The translations under genes were made by a program, and so were the position numbers. Shown one piece after another: positions 12,489-25,420 of a stretch of DNA of 64,000 bases. The notes under the pieces are model-generated. The model did no database searches. It worked only from the letters and a program-made list of their open reading frames with translations, and was not told the origin of the DNA. The stretch spans positions 250,420,001-250,484,000 of the forward strand of contig NC_086097.1 of the NCBI RefSeq assembly GCF_963921235.1. The letters run 5' to 3'. This DNA comes from Mobula hypostoma. Taxonomy: Eukaryota. How positions within the stretch are numbered: the stretch's first letter is position 1; every line of letters starts with the position of its first letter.

Positions 12489-15070
12489 CCACCTGAATTT
12501 TATAAAAAATTTAAAGATTTATTATTTCCTCTTTTTATAGAACTAATACGTCAAGCAGAAAAAATACATAAGCTTCCAGAATCTTTTTCAACAGCGATTG
12601 TAATAGTATTGCCAAAAAAGGACAGAGATCCTATGAAACCAACATCATACAGGCCTATTTCTTTATTGAATACGGATTATAAAATAATAGCAAAAATTTT
12701 ATCGAATAGATTATCTAAATATTTACCAAAATTAATACATATGGATCAAACAGGTTTTATTAAAAATAGACAACTGGCAGATAATGTAACTCGGCTACTC
12801 AGTATAATTCATTTGGCACAAAAAAGGGATGAGAAGAGTATAGTAGTAGCTTTGGATGCAGAAAAAGCATTTGATAGATTAGAATGGGATTTTTTATTTA
12901 AAGTATTAGAAAAATATGGGTTAGGAACATCTTTCATAAATTGGATTAAAACTTTAAATTCTAACCCTAAAGCTAAAGTAGTGACAAACTCTCAAATTTC
13001 AACATCATTCCAGCTAAAAAGGTCAACTAGACAAGGTTGTCCATTATCACCTGCTCTATTTGTATTGGCGATAGAGCCATTAGCAGAACTAATTAGATTG
13101 GATCCAGATATTACGGGTTTTAGAGTTAACCAAGAGGAATATAAAATTAATCTTTTTGCCGATGATGTTTTGATCTATTTAACAAACCCACAACATTCGT
13201 TACATAAATTATCTTCTAGATTGGATGAGTATGGGAAGGTATCAGGTTACAAAATAAACTGGGATAAAAGTGAAATTTTATCTCTTACTAAAGGAGATTA
13301 TAGTCAATGTCGATTAGTAACCCAATTTAGATGGCCGGTAAATGGTATAAAGTATATAGGTATAAGACTTGATAGTGATGTAAAGAATTTATATAAATTT
13401 AATTATTTACCACTATTGAAAAAAATTCAAGAAGATCTTGACAAATGGATGATACTACCAATAACATTAGTAGGTAGAGTCAATGTTGTAAAAATGAATA
13501 TATTTCCGAGATTACAGTATTTGTTTCAAACATTACCAATACAATTGCCACAGAAATTTTTTCAAGAGTTAAATAAATCTGTGAGAAAATTTCTTTGGAA
13601 AGGTAAAATGTCAAGAATATCATTGGAAAAACTGGCATGTAAATTTAGGTTAGGAGGGTTACAACTTCCAAACTTTAAAAATTACTATAAAGCAAATCAA
13701 CTTAGATTTATTGCATCTTTTTTCGATGATCAAAAACCAGCATGGATTAAAATAGAACTAGATAAGATAGGAGAAAATAAACCTGAAGATTTTATATATA
13801 AATGGGAATCTAAAGGGATACGGGAAAAGAAAGAATCTCCTATATTAACACACTTGATTGATCTATGGAATAAGATAAATGTTGATAAGGAAACACAGAA
13901 ATCTCTATTAGCAAGGAGACCTTTGTTTCAAAACAGACTTATTCCTTTTACAATGGACAATCAACTTTTATATAATTGGTACCAAAAAGGGATTAAATTT
14001 ATAGGAGATTGTTTTGAGCGAGGTATATTGATGTCATTTGAACAATTAAAGGATAAATATAAAATATCTAATAATACTTTCTTTTGTTACTTTCAGTTAA
14101 GGGCTTACTTAATAGGTAAGCTAGGTCAAACAATGTTTTTGCCAAAAGCTAATGAAATTGAAATTTTAATTCAAAAAGGAAAAATTAAAAAATTTGTTTC
14201 TTGTATGTATAATTTGATTCAAGAACAGACTATTAAACAAGGAACCCATAAGTCAAAGCAAAAATGGGAAACAGATCTGAATATTAATATTGATGAAATA
14301 AATTGGTCAATACTTTGTCTGGACAGTATGACAAATACAATAAATGTTCGACTTAGATTAGTACAATATAATTTTTTACACCAATTATATATTACACCAC
14401 AAAAAATAAATAGATTAAATTCAAATATATCTGATAAATGTTTTCGGTGTAATCAAGAAATTGGTACTTTTCTACATTCTACTTGGTCTTGTTTTAAATT
14501 TATCCAAAAGGGTTGAATTTTAAGAATCTTATTGGAACAAATTACTGGAATTCAACTTCCACATAACCCTGTATTATTTCTATTAGGTGATATTGAAGGG
14601 ATAAAACCGAAACTTAAATTGAATAAATATCAGAAAGAATTTATAAAAATTGCATTGGCAGTAGCTAAGAAGACTATAGCAGTTACTTGGAAATCTGATT
14701 CGTATTTAAGTATGGATCGTTGGAATAATGAAATGGCTAGTTCTATTCCACTTGAAAAAATTACTTATAATTTAAGAGATAATTATGTAACATTCTTGAA
14801 TATTTGGCGCCCTCATTTACAAAAGATAGGATGTCATATTTAAGTGCTCCGACAAAGAATTTGGTTACTTGGGGAAAGTAACGAATAATTATACCAAATT
14901 TATTTTGAATCCCATGGAGCGTGTGGAAACCTTCCAATACCCAGGCGGTTCTTCTTTTTTTTTTCTTTTGGGTAGGACTATATATGGGGGGGGGAGGGTT
15001 AAGGGGAGGGGGGGGTAGATTTTATCTTTTCATGTATTCTTTTTGAAAATTTAATAAAAATTATATAAAA
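12489..15070 (+). mobile_element. L1-clade LINE, 5'-truncated ORF2 (RT and C-terminal Cys/His region), antisense to MAL2
   Basis: YRPISLLNTDYK, LDAEKAFD, RQGCPLSP, LFADD, C-terminal CFRC..GTFLH..W.C; G-rich 3' UTR, AATAAA 15053-15058, A tail; 14-bp target-site duplication AAAAGAACTCATTT at 12475-12488 and 15071-15084; one frameshift near 14500. Confidence 0.95.
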
Positions 15071-17692
15071 AAAAGAACTCATTTAAAAACAAACACCCAA
15101 TGCACAGAGAGAGAAAGAAAAATAATCATGCAAACAAAGCAAACAGCATTCAGAACTGAAGTTTTACCAAAGTCACAAAGTCAGACATCACTGCAGCTGG
15201 AGCAGACCACAGCTTTAGTTCATCGCAAAGCCAAGTAAACATTGCAAGACCACAGATGCGAAGCCAGGTATCACTACAGCTGGCACTGCGTTTCAGTGTG
15301 GAGTGGAACAAATATTGTGGAGCTGGGAGCAAAACTGGCCCTTGCCTTGTCAGGGTGTCGGGACCAGAGGCTTTTCCATTTGGCCTGGTGCTTAAATCAT
15401 CCCAACATTGGGTCGTTCCTCACTGACCACTCTGGGGCTTAGACCCTGACACCACAACTCAACCCATACCCGACTTTTCCAGTTCAGCCCAGCACTCAAG
15501 AATCGATCAGACATCAGGACCTTCCTCGCTCTTGGGGATGCTGCAACTCTGCTTCCACGACAAGGCCTTTCCTGCAACTCCGCTTCTCACGACCACCCTC
15601 TGCTCGTCTCTCCGTTGTCAGTATTAGTCATTATTAAAGTGTTATTAGCAAGTTATATAGTAGCTTCCTTTGTTTTTTGGCCACCTGTAAGTAGGTGCTG
15701 TGCATCAGTGCAACATTTTAAACCGGAACCCAAGACGTTTAGCAGGCGGAATGTTTGAAAAGTGCACAACAGGAGAAACAAGTGCTTTGGCTTCTATTGA
15801 AGGAAATCGTAAGCGTAAAAGACTCAATTTAACCATTTGCAAATTATAACATTTTCAGAACTTGTTATCAAGCCAACTTCTTTTAAAAAAAAAACAACCT
15901 GCTGATTTGCTTTGACAGCCAGGATCTCCAAAGTTCATTTTAGCTATGAAGCAAGCTTCATTCCAGGAACCAATGACTTGTGAAAGTGCACTTAAAATTT
16001 TAAAAATCATTTTTATTGAACTTGAAAATATAATCTATATATAAACAAGAGATTCTGCAGATGCTAGAAATCCAGAGCAACACACAAAATACTGTAGGAA
16101 CTCAGCAGGTCAGGCAGCATCTATGCAGATGGGTATAAACAGTTGCTGTTTGGGGCAGAGATCCTTCACCAGGACTGGAAAGGAAGGGGGAAGAACCCAG
16201 AATTAGATGGGGTGGGGAGGAGAAGGAGTACAAACAGGCAGGTGATGGGGAAGGTGTTGAGTTCTGCTCATTTGGGCTATGTAAACATTTAGTTGGGATG
16301 TGCACCTTCCCTGCAATGGGAATTTGCATGAGGGGCTACAGGGACTGTGGGTAAGAAAATGGCCGCCCCTGCGTACCAAACGTTAACGGAAAAAGTAGAG
16401 TTGTTTAAGCTAAGGAAAATCATATCTTTGTTGTTTGAGCATCAACAGACGGTAGGTGGGTAGGCGAGGGGAATGAAGCGAGAAGCTGGGAGGTGACAGG
16501 TGTAAAGGTAAAGGGTTCAAGGAAGAATCTGATAGAGAGTGGATCATGGGAGAAAGGGAAAGAGGAGAGACACCAGAGGGAGGAGTTGGGCAGATGAGAA
16601 GATAAGGGGCAAGAGAGGAGCCAGAATGCGGAATAGAGAAAAAAGGGGAAGGTTTATCCTCTTCTAGATGCCGCAGGACATGCTGAGTTCCTCCAGCACT
16701 GTGTTACTCTGAATGTCCTTGTTGTCAAAGTAAACGAGCAATATTCATTTAAACTATTAAGTTTCAACCCAGAAATGAGTGATGTGTGAAAGGGCACTTT
16801 TTTATTAAACCTGAAAATATTAGATACAAAAACTGAAATCAGTATTTAACCGCCAAGGTGTGGGGAAGGGAAGTTAAATTCTTGCTTTTGGTCAATGAAA
16901 CAGTACAATATTTTCAGGAATCCAGTAAACATTTCACTTGACTAATGATTGCCAGACTATATTTGAGATCAGGTGGTATTTTACATTCCAAACTCTGCTT
17001 GTAATGTTCTATGTCATCGCTATCAAACCAAAGTTCCCCTGCTAATCTCTCTACAACTATGCTGACTCCAATTACAATCAAACACGACAGGCGAAACAGC
17101 CCCAGAGGGAATGAGGAAGATTTAGATTTCAGCAGTATTGTACTATTGAACACCATTAACAACAATGCTAGTATTGGACACCTCATTGCTGTCCAAGAGG
17201 AGCCAACAAAGCAAACGTTTCAACATGTAGCCTTAAAAACAAACATTCAAATAAGACTTGTGCAACATTAGCTCTAATCTTCCCACAGGCTCTGGGCTTG
17301 TACTCACTGGAGTTTAGTAGAGTGAGATGGCGGGGGAGATTCTCATTGAAACAGTGAGTATTGAAAGGCCTGGATACGGCAGATGTGGATAGGATGTTTC
17401 CTATAGTGGGGGAGTCTCGGACCAGAGGGCACAGCCTCAGAATACAAGGATGTCCTTTTAGAATGGAGATGAAGAATTTCTTAGTCAGAGGATGGTGAAT
17501 CCGTGGAATTCGTTACCACAGACGTTGTGGAGGCCAAGTTATTGGGTATATTTAAAGTGGAGATTTAGAGGTTCTTGCTAAGTAATGGCATCAAAGGTTA
17601 TTGGGAGAAATCAGGAGAAGTGGGGTTGAGGCAGTTAAGTCAGCCATGATGGATTGGTGGAACAGACTCGATGGACCGAATAGCCTAATTCA

Positions 17693-18050
17693 ACAACACG
17701 CATCAAAGTTGCTGGTGAACGTAGCAGGCCAGGCAGCATCTCTAGGAAGAGGTACAGTCGACATTTCAGGCCGAGACCCTTCGTCAGGACTAACTGAAGA
17801 AAGAGCTAGTAAGAGAGTTAAAAGTGGGAGGGGGAGGGGTAGATCCAAAATGATAGGAGAAGACAGGAGGGGGAGGGATGGAGCCAAGAGCTGGACAGGT
17901 GATTGTCAAAAGGGGTATGAGAGGATCATGGGACAGGAGGCCCAGGGAGAAGGAAAAGGGGGGGGGGAAGAAAACCCAGAGGATGGGCAGGGGGTTATAG
18001 TCAGAGGGACAGAGGGAGAAAAAGGAGAAAGAGAAAAAGTATGTGTATGC
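17693..18050 (-). mobile_element. PLE terminal-repeat fragment containing a hammerhead motif
   Basis: Closely matches the 3' end of the PLE at 31298-31700; hammerhead at 17756-17791. Confidence 0.85.
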
Positions 18051-18094
18051 TTGCTTACTTATTCCCTCACCATTTCTCCTTCAAGTTGCTACAG

Positions 18095-18560
18095 CTGAGG
18101 GGAGTGTGATAGGGGGTGGAGACAGCTCCCACTACCTATTAAATGCTCCCAATCCCGTGCATCTCAAACGGACTCTGAAAACCAAGTCCATCTCCTGGTC
18201 TTCCTGTGTGACTTAGCTGCTAAGCCTGGTGGTACTGGTTCCACGGACTGGAGATGGGCTGAAGGCAGGTTACTAGCATCTTAAAACCCATTCACTTTGG
18301 GCAGATCATCTAGGATAGGAAACGCTGGTCTCAAATCTCCACTGCCTTGCAGCTACTGTATACCCACTCATGGGGAAGGCTTCAGGAGTAAATCCAGAAG
18401 GAAAAGTCCAGACCTGGAGTCCCTAAGGCAGTCTTACGTTGAGTTCAACGCTGACCGTCAACTCCTGCAACGCTGCTGGCGCCAAACTGTTTTGATCTCT
18501 ACTGCTCCTTTGGATTCAGCTGCGTGGAGAGGGGAAGCCTCCTGCATGGGCAGCAATTCA
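18095..18560 (+). repeat. Non-coding interspersed repeat; related copies at ~20030-20440 (-), ~30330-30560 (+), ~42700-43200 (+)
   Basis: Shared blocks such as gagtccctaaggcagtc, cccactcatgggga and cctttggattca...gcgtggagagggg recur at these positions. Confidence 0.7.
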
Positions 18561-19199
18561 TCACACTGCCCTTGCTTCCGTTTCACAGACAGATGGAACG
18601 CAACATCCATGGTCGGCCAACAAGAGGCCTCACAGGTCACTTCTCAGGGATACAGGTGGGGAGAAATGTCACTGAAACACCAAGCTCTTCATAAAGATTC
18701 TGCTCCCACATCTTATGGTCACAGTCATCATCATGTGCCGTGTTGTATGACATGGGTGATCATTGTCTTTCCACGATGATTGTTCTCGGAAAATTTTTCT
18801 ACAGAAGTGTTTTGCCATTGCCTTCTGGGCGGTTTCTTTACAATATGGGGTGACAGCAGCCATTATCAATACTCTTCAGATATTGTCTGCCAGGCAGTGG
18901 CTGCATAGCCAGGAGTTGTGATATTCACCGGCTGTTCATATGACCATCCATCACCTGCTCCTATGGATTCACGTGGCCCTGATCAGGGGGCTAAGCAGGC
19001 GCTACACCTTGCCCAAGGGTGACCTGCAGGCTAGTGGAGGGAAGGAGTGCCTTGCACCTCCTTTGGTAGGGACAACGCCACCCCCACCATCCCGAGGGTC
19101 ACAGTAAGAGTAACAAGAGGAATTTTCTGCACTTTGTGTCCGATGCAGAACAGCAGCAGTCGAAACCAGCACAGCCGCTTCGAGAGGGTGCAAACTAAC

Positions 19200-19640
19200 A
19201 GCATGGCAGTGCTAGCTCCAGGATCAGTGTTTGATTCCCACTGCTGTCTGCAAGTCTGTACATTCTCCCATAACCACATGGCTCTCTTCTGGGTGGTCTG
19301 GTTTCCTCCCACATTCCAGACAGGTATGGGTTGGGGTTAGTTAGCCATGTTGGCACCAGAAGCATGGTGATACTTGTGCAAAAGACAAATTTCACTGCAC
19401 ATTTTAATGTGTATGAGCCAAATAGAGGGCACCACAGTTGTGCAGCAGTTAGCACAATGGCTCTCGGGGTATTGGAGTTTGAAGTTCAATTCGGTGTCCT
19501 CTGTAAGGAGTTTGTACGTCCTCCCCATGACTGTGGATTTCTTCCGGGTGCTCCAGTTTCCTCCCACATTCCAAAGACACGTGTTAGTAGGTTAATTGGC
19601 CATTGTAAATTGTTCTGTGCTCAGGCTAGGGTTAAATAGA
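19200..19640 (+). mobile_element. Two adjacent V-SINE/HE1-like SINEs; further copies at ~11330-11590 (-), 20500-20750 (-), 35870-36030, 46180-46420, 47690-47940
   Basis: Central domain similar to gtggGtttcctccgggtgctccggtttcctcccacattccaaaga preceded by ctgtaaggagtttgtac. Confidence 0.7.
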
Positions 19641-19644
19641 TGGG

Positions 19645-19910
19645 CGGGGCCAGCTGGCCAGTGGTGTAGTGGCATCAGCACTGGAATTCAAGGCGGATGG
19701 CTGAGTTTGAATCCAGCTGGGTGTCAACCTGGGCAGCAGCAGTCTGTGTGCAAGAGAGGCCAGATTCTTGCCACAAAAACCTTATGGAAAACTCATAGTC
19801 AACACCAGTTGATGGCACTCATTGGGTACATTGATGGTGCTCATTGCGAAGCGCAGAATCAAATATCACTGTGATGATTGTACACTCTAATGTTTGGCGA
19901 CAATAAAGTA
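19645..19910 (+). mobile_element. tRNA-derived SINE-like element
   Basis: Pol III A-box-like TGGTGTAGTGG and B-box-like GTTTGAATCC; ends in caataaagtaaa; no intact cloverleaf. Confidence 0.5.
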
Positions 19911-22069
19911 AAGGTAATCATTGGGCCAGGGAGGCATACTCCATGTTGTATCCCTAAATAAAATAAAGTTAATCTTTAAGTAGCACATTCATACCTTCCA
20001 CAATATCAGGCATTCAGGAACTCCAGGTTACGGTAGATGGAGGCCCTTCATTGGTGAGCTTTGACCATGGATGTTGTGCAAGCCAGGGCAGTAGAATAGA
20101 GAGAGAGAAGCTGCTCCCAGTGGACAAGCCCCACACTGCTGATTAATCCGAAGGAACATCCGAGACTGATACAGTTTGGCACCAGTGGTGTCGCAGGAGT
20201 TGCCAGTGTCGGACTGCCTTAGATGTTCCAACTCCAGATTTTCCCCCTCGGGGGTTTACACCTGAAGCTTTCCCCACGTGCGGACAGAGCCGCAAGGCAG
20301 CAGAGGTTTGAAATCAGTTTTCCTTCTCCTGGATGAGCTGCCAACGACGGCTGGCGAGCCCCATCTGCCTGAAATAGCTAATTTGATGCCACCAGGAACC
20401 CACCTTTGCCCCCTCTCCTGTCAGTAGAAACAGCTCCACCAGGTTTACTAATTAATTAACTAATCAGTGGTAATACCTGGTTCTAGTTCTTAAAGATAAA
20501 GATTAGGCTTATTTGCAACATGTACATTGAAACAGTGAACTGCATCAATTCCGTCAATGATCAGCACAGTCTGACAATGTGCAGGCATGTTTCCATCACC
20601 AACATAGTAATGCCACAGTTTACTTATCCTAACCCATACATCTTTGTACCGTGTGAGGAAACCCACAAACTCCTTACAGACAGCAGCAGGAATTGAACCC
20701 CGATCTTCCCTTTGTTGACATTGCAAAGCATTATACTAAGTGCTACACTAGTGTGCTGCCCTAAGTTTCAGTATGGTTATTGCCAGTAGGTTGAGTTGGA
20801 GGACAGATCAATGGGATAGCAAATCCATGTTCTGGAAAGGGCCCTTTATGGCATGTTCTGCAACCTCCAAATCAATTCTTCAGACAGATTTTACACATCT
20901 CTTCAACAGTTTTCTCACATCAAGATTCAGGGGGAGGGAGGACTTCTTGCAGTCTGAAGAGACTAGAAGAAAGGTTTTCAAACAATGTGCTTGGGGCACA
21001 TTGACAGGAATAGCCAGTCCACAGGTGTGTGACCAATGAGTTCGGGCAACCCGCCAGTCATCAGCACATCCGGCCCAATTTTAATAGGCAGGATACAACT
21101 CACTGGGGAAGAATTTTAAAAAGCACAATCGTGGAAGCATCCCAACAGGTGTTGGCAATAGCAGGTCTCATGGCTTCAGTGTTGAATCTCTCTTACTGGT
21201 CATGTATTATCTTTCATTGCTGCTGTTTCACACATTTACACAATTGCTTGTTTTATTATAATAGTGACAATGACATTATACTGTCTTACATAAACAGGCA
21301 GTTTATGCCAACCTGTTAATATTCAGGGCATGCCATTCAGGGACTTGGGCTAATATTATTTTGTGACTGTACACTGGATCGTAACTACACATACCGTGTT
21401 CTGCATCTTGGCCCAGGAGAAACGATGTTTTATTTCATTCTATACATGTGTGGTTGAATGACGATAAACTTGAATTTCAAGTTCCAATTCTCAGAAGTTC
21501 GTGACTTATGGGAAACCCAAAAATGAAAAAGAGTGCCTCCAGAGAAACTCCATAATTCAATACAGTACAACCCAATATAAACACGCATGTTAGGGGCCAG
21601 CTGTAACACCTGCAGTGTAACAAAATGCTGGACAAACTCAGATCAGGCAGCATCTATATAGAGGATGTACTTTTCAGTATGTATTTTGTGTACATTTCTG
21701 ACATTAAATGTACCTTTGAAACCTTTGAGTAAACAGTCGATGTTTTGGACCAAGACTCTTCATCAGCAGCAAAAAAATGAAGGGGAGACAAGAAATGCCA
21801 CAGGTGCTATTAACAGTAATGTTTGTCAGCCAGATGTTTCATCTTCAGAAACTTAAGACTACACTGTCATCTCCTCAGACAACCCTTCCCTGCTCCATTC
21901 CAAGCCCCAATCTCCAGCCTTCCATCACAAGAAAGGCCAGGACCAGCCCACGAGTTTCCCTACCTGCGGCTCTAGGTGATCACTTTCTCATCTACTCCAG
22001 GAATATAAAGAACTTAAAGCAGGGGCAGTCCACTCAGCCTGTCCCCTACCACCAGTGACAAAGTAAACA

Positions 22070-23785
22070 AGGTGAAGAGAGATTTTAGGGAGCTAGGTAG
22101 AAAGCTGAAAAAGAAAAGGCCCTCCAAGATGGTAATCTCTGGACTGCTGCCTGTTCAATGTGCCAGTCAGGGTAAAATTAGGATGAACTGGCAAGGCCGA
22201 GGAACTGGTACAGGGGCAGGGGCTCAGATTGGTGGATCATTGGCATCTCTTCTGGGGAAGGCCTGACCTGCATAAAAGGGGCAGGTTACACCCCTGTGGG
22301 GTTCCGATATCTTCACAGGCAGGTTGGCTGGAGTTGTTCAGGAGGATTGAAACGAATTTGGCAGGGGGATGGGAACCAGAGTAATAGTGCTGAGGATGAG
22401 GTAAATGGTTTACAAACAGAAGCAGCGTGTAATGAGACTCCTAGCAAGGACAGGCTGATGATAGGGCAAAATTGCAGTCAACGGGATGACTTGCAATGTA
22501 AAAGGTGGACAAAATTGCAAAGGATGAATACAGGATGTGCACAAAACAAAGTAGATGAACTTGTAGTACTGTTACAGATTGACATTATGACATTATAGGC
22601 ATCACTGAATAGTGCCTGAAAGATTATAGCTGGGAGCTTAATGTCCAAGGACACACCTTGTATTGAAAGGACAGGCAGGAAAGCAGACAGGGCAGTGCTG
22701 TCCTGTTGGTAAAAAATGAAATCGAGTCATTGGAAAGAGGTGTCGTAGGGTCAGACGGTGTTGAATCGTTGTGGATACAGCCAAGGAACTGCAAGGGTAA
22801 AAAGACTGATGGGAGTTGTAGATAGACCTCCAGGGTAAAGATGTAACCTACAAATAACAATGGGAAATAGGAAATGCATGTCAAAAGAGCGATGTTACAA
22901 TAGCCATGGGGGATTTCAATATGCAGGAAGATTGGGAAAATCAGGTTAATGCTGGATCCCAAGAGGGGAATTTCTAGAGTGCCTATGAGGTGGCTTTTTA
23001 AAAGCAGTTCATGGTTGAGCCCACTAGGGGATCAGCAGTTTTGGATTTGGTGTTGTGTAATGAACCAGAATTGATTAGAGAGCTTAAGGTAAAAGAACCT
23101 CAAGGGACGAGAGATGATAATCTGATTGAATTTAACCTGATACTTAGAGGTAAAAACTACAGTCAGATGCATCAGTATTACAGTGGAGTAAAGGGAAATA
23201 GAGGCATGAGAAAGGAGTTGGCCAGAATTGATTGGAAATTGACTGGCAGGGATGATGGCAGAATTGGCTGGAATTTCTGGAAGCAATTCAGAAGGCACAG
23301 CATATATACATCCCAAAGTAGTATTCTAAAGGTAAGATGGTACAACCATAGCTAACAGGTCTAAGCCAACATAAAAGCCAAAGAAAAGATTTATAATAGA
23401 ACAAAATTTAGTGAGAAGTTAAGAGGATTGGGAAGCTTTTAAAAAACTAACAGAAGGCAACTAAAAAGTAATTAAGGTAAAGATTGAATACTAAAGTAAG
23501 CTAGCCAATAATAAAGATTTAATATTAAATGTTTCTTCAGATACATGAAGTGTAAAAGATGCGAGAGTGAATATTGGACCGCTGGAAAAATTATGCTGGG
23601 GAGGTAGTAATGGGGACAAGGAAATGGCTGATGAGCTGAACAAGTATTTTGCGTCAGAAGATACTAGCAGTATGCCAGAAGTTCTGGAGTACCTGCAGGC
23701 CAAAATGTGTGAAGTTACCATTACTAGGGAGAAGGTTCTTGGGAAATTAAAAGGCCTTAATGCAGATGTCACCTGGACCAGGTGG
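22070..23785 (+). mobile_element. Degenerate CR1 (ORF1 esterase end plus ORF2 endonuclease region)
   Basis: FRELGRKLK...VISGLLPV (ORF1) and VEPTRGSAVLDLVLCNE, EMADELNKYFAS (ORF2); homologous to 56200-58000. Confidence 0.85.
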
Positions 23786-23821
23786 TGTACATTTATTGAA
23801 CAAGAGGACCATAACTGTGTT

Positions 23822-25420
23822 CAGGTGTCTCCGCTTTTCGAACGTTCGCTTTATGAAACCTCACTGTTACGAAAGACCTACATTAGTTCCCTGTTTTCGC
23901 TAACAGGTGTTTTCACTGATACGAAAAAAGCAGCGCGTGCCCCGCGCAGCTGCTCCTCCCCCGGATTCGGAACTGCATTCTAGCCGGCATTGCTTAAACA
24001 CGTGCCTGTGAGCAGCCGTTAGCAACCGTTAGCAAGATGAGTTCTAAGGTATCGGAAAAGCCTAAAAGAGCTCGTTAAGGGTGTTACACTTAGCGTAAAA
24101 CTAGACATAATTAAGCGTTTCGATCGTGGTGAACGAAGTAAGGACAAAGTGAGTTTGGCTTGTGGAAGTTGACGAAGATGATGTTGAAGAGGTTTTGGCA
24201 TCCCATGACCAAGAACTGATAGATAAGCTGATGCAATTGGAAGAGGAAAGGATAAGAATCGAAACCAAATGCAGTGGCGAACAGACTGAAAGTGAAGTCC
24301 TCCAGGAACTGAACGTGAAGCAACTGCGTGAGATTTTCACTGCAATGATTGCAGAAAAGTACGACTAATTTTGAAAGGGTATGTCAGTTTAGGGCATATT
24401 AGCAAGATGGTTTGAGTGCTTACAAAGAACTGTATGATAGAAAAAATGCGCGAGGCTAAGCAGTCAAGCATACTATCGTTTCTCGAGCCTTCCACATCAG
24501 CCAAAGCAGACGATGAACCTCGACCTTCGACATCGAGGCAGGCAGACATAGAAGATGACCTGCCTGCCCCGATGGAAACAGACGACACCTCAGTGTCCCA
24601 CCACACCAACCCCCGGGCAGCGGACAGATAACAATTCGCGGAGAATTCAGTGGTAGCCGGGAGGCACCCAGCACATCTTTAAGAAAAAATGCCAAAATAA
24701 ACAAGCTAATTAGTTAGGTGCTGCCCGGCACGTAAATGTTGGCCCAGATCAGAGGTAATTGCTGATTGCGTCGTCTCTGATCTGGCTGACATTTACGTGC
24801 CGCCCAGCACCTAATTAAGTAGCTTGTTTATTTCGGCTTTTTTTTTCCTTAAAGATGTGCTGGGTGCGTCCTGGCTACCACTGTACCCCTGCATGCTTCA
24901 CAGATCGGTATCGGTTCACTGCCTGGAGGGTGGGGGCCACTGCACCACCCCAACCTCTGACGACTCAGCCTAACACACCATCAGTGTGCTCAATGTCTTC
25001 CCGATTCCAGTAAATGATACTACGCTGTACATACATTATTTCTACTTTATATAGGCTGTGTATTTTTATGCGTTATTTGGTATGATTTGGCAGCTTCATA
25101 GCTTAAAGGTTACTGGAGAGAGTGTTTCTGCCGAGAGCGCTTGCATGAGATTTTTGCTACGGAGAACAGTGCAGGCAATGACTGTAGAGAAGTATTTCTA
25201 CTTTATATAGGCTGTGTATTTATCATATCATTCCTGCTTTTACTACATGTTACTGTTATTTTAGGTTTTATGTGTTATTTGGCATGATTTGGTAGGTTAT
25301 GTTTGAGTCTGCGAACGCTCACAAAATTTTCCCCATATAAATAAATAGTAATTGCTTCTTCACTTTACGACATTCTGGCTTATGAACCGTTTCATAGGAA
25401 CGTTCTACCTTCGGATGGCG
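23822..25420 (+). mobile_element. Internally deleted Tigger/pogo DNA transposon
   Basis: Begins CAGGTGTCTCCGCTTTTCGAA; encodes a psq/CENP-B HTH remnant (KGVTLSVKLDIIKRFDRGERSKD) joined to an acidic Tigger C-terminal remnant (EVDEDDVEEVLASHDQEL); right end degenerate. Confidence 0.75.
24648..24883. mobile_element. Palindromic MITE-like element nested in the Tigger copy
   Basis: Arms of ~105 bp, CAGTGGTAGCC...CCAGATCAGAG and CTCTGATCTGG...GGCTACCACTG, are reverse complements; followed by TA. Confidence 0.75.

Noticed and set aside
19645..19725. Possible tRNA gene
   Set aside because: A/B-box-like motifs only; acceptor and anticodon stems do not pair; treated as a SINE head.
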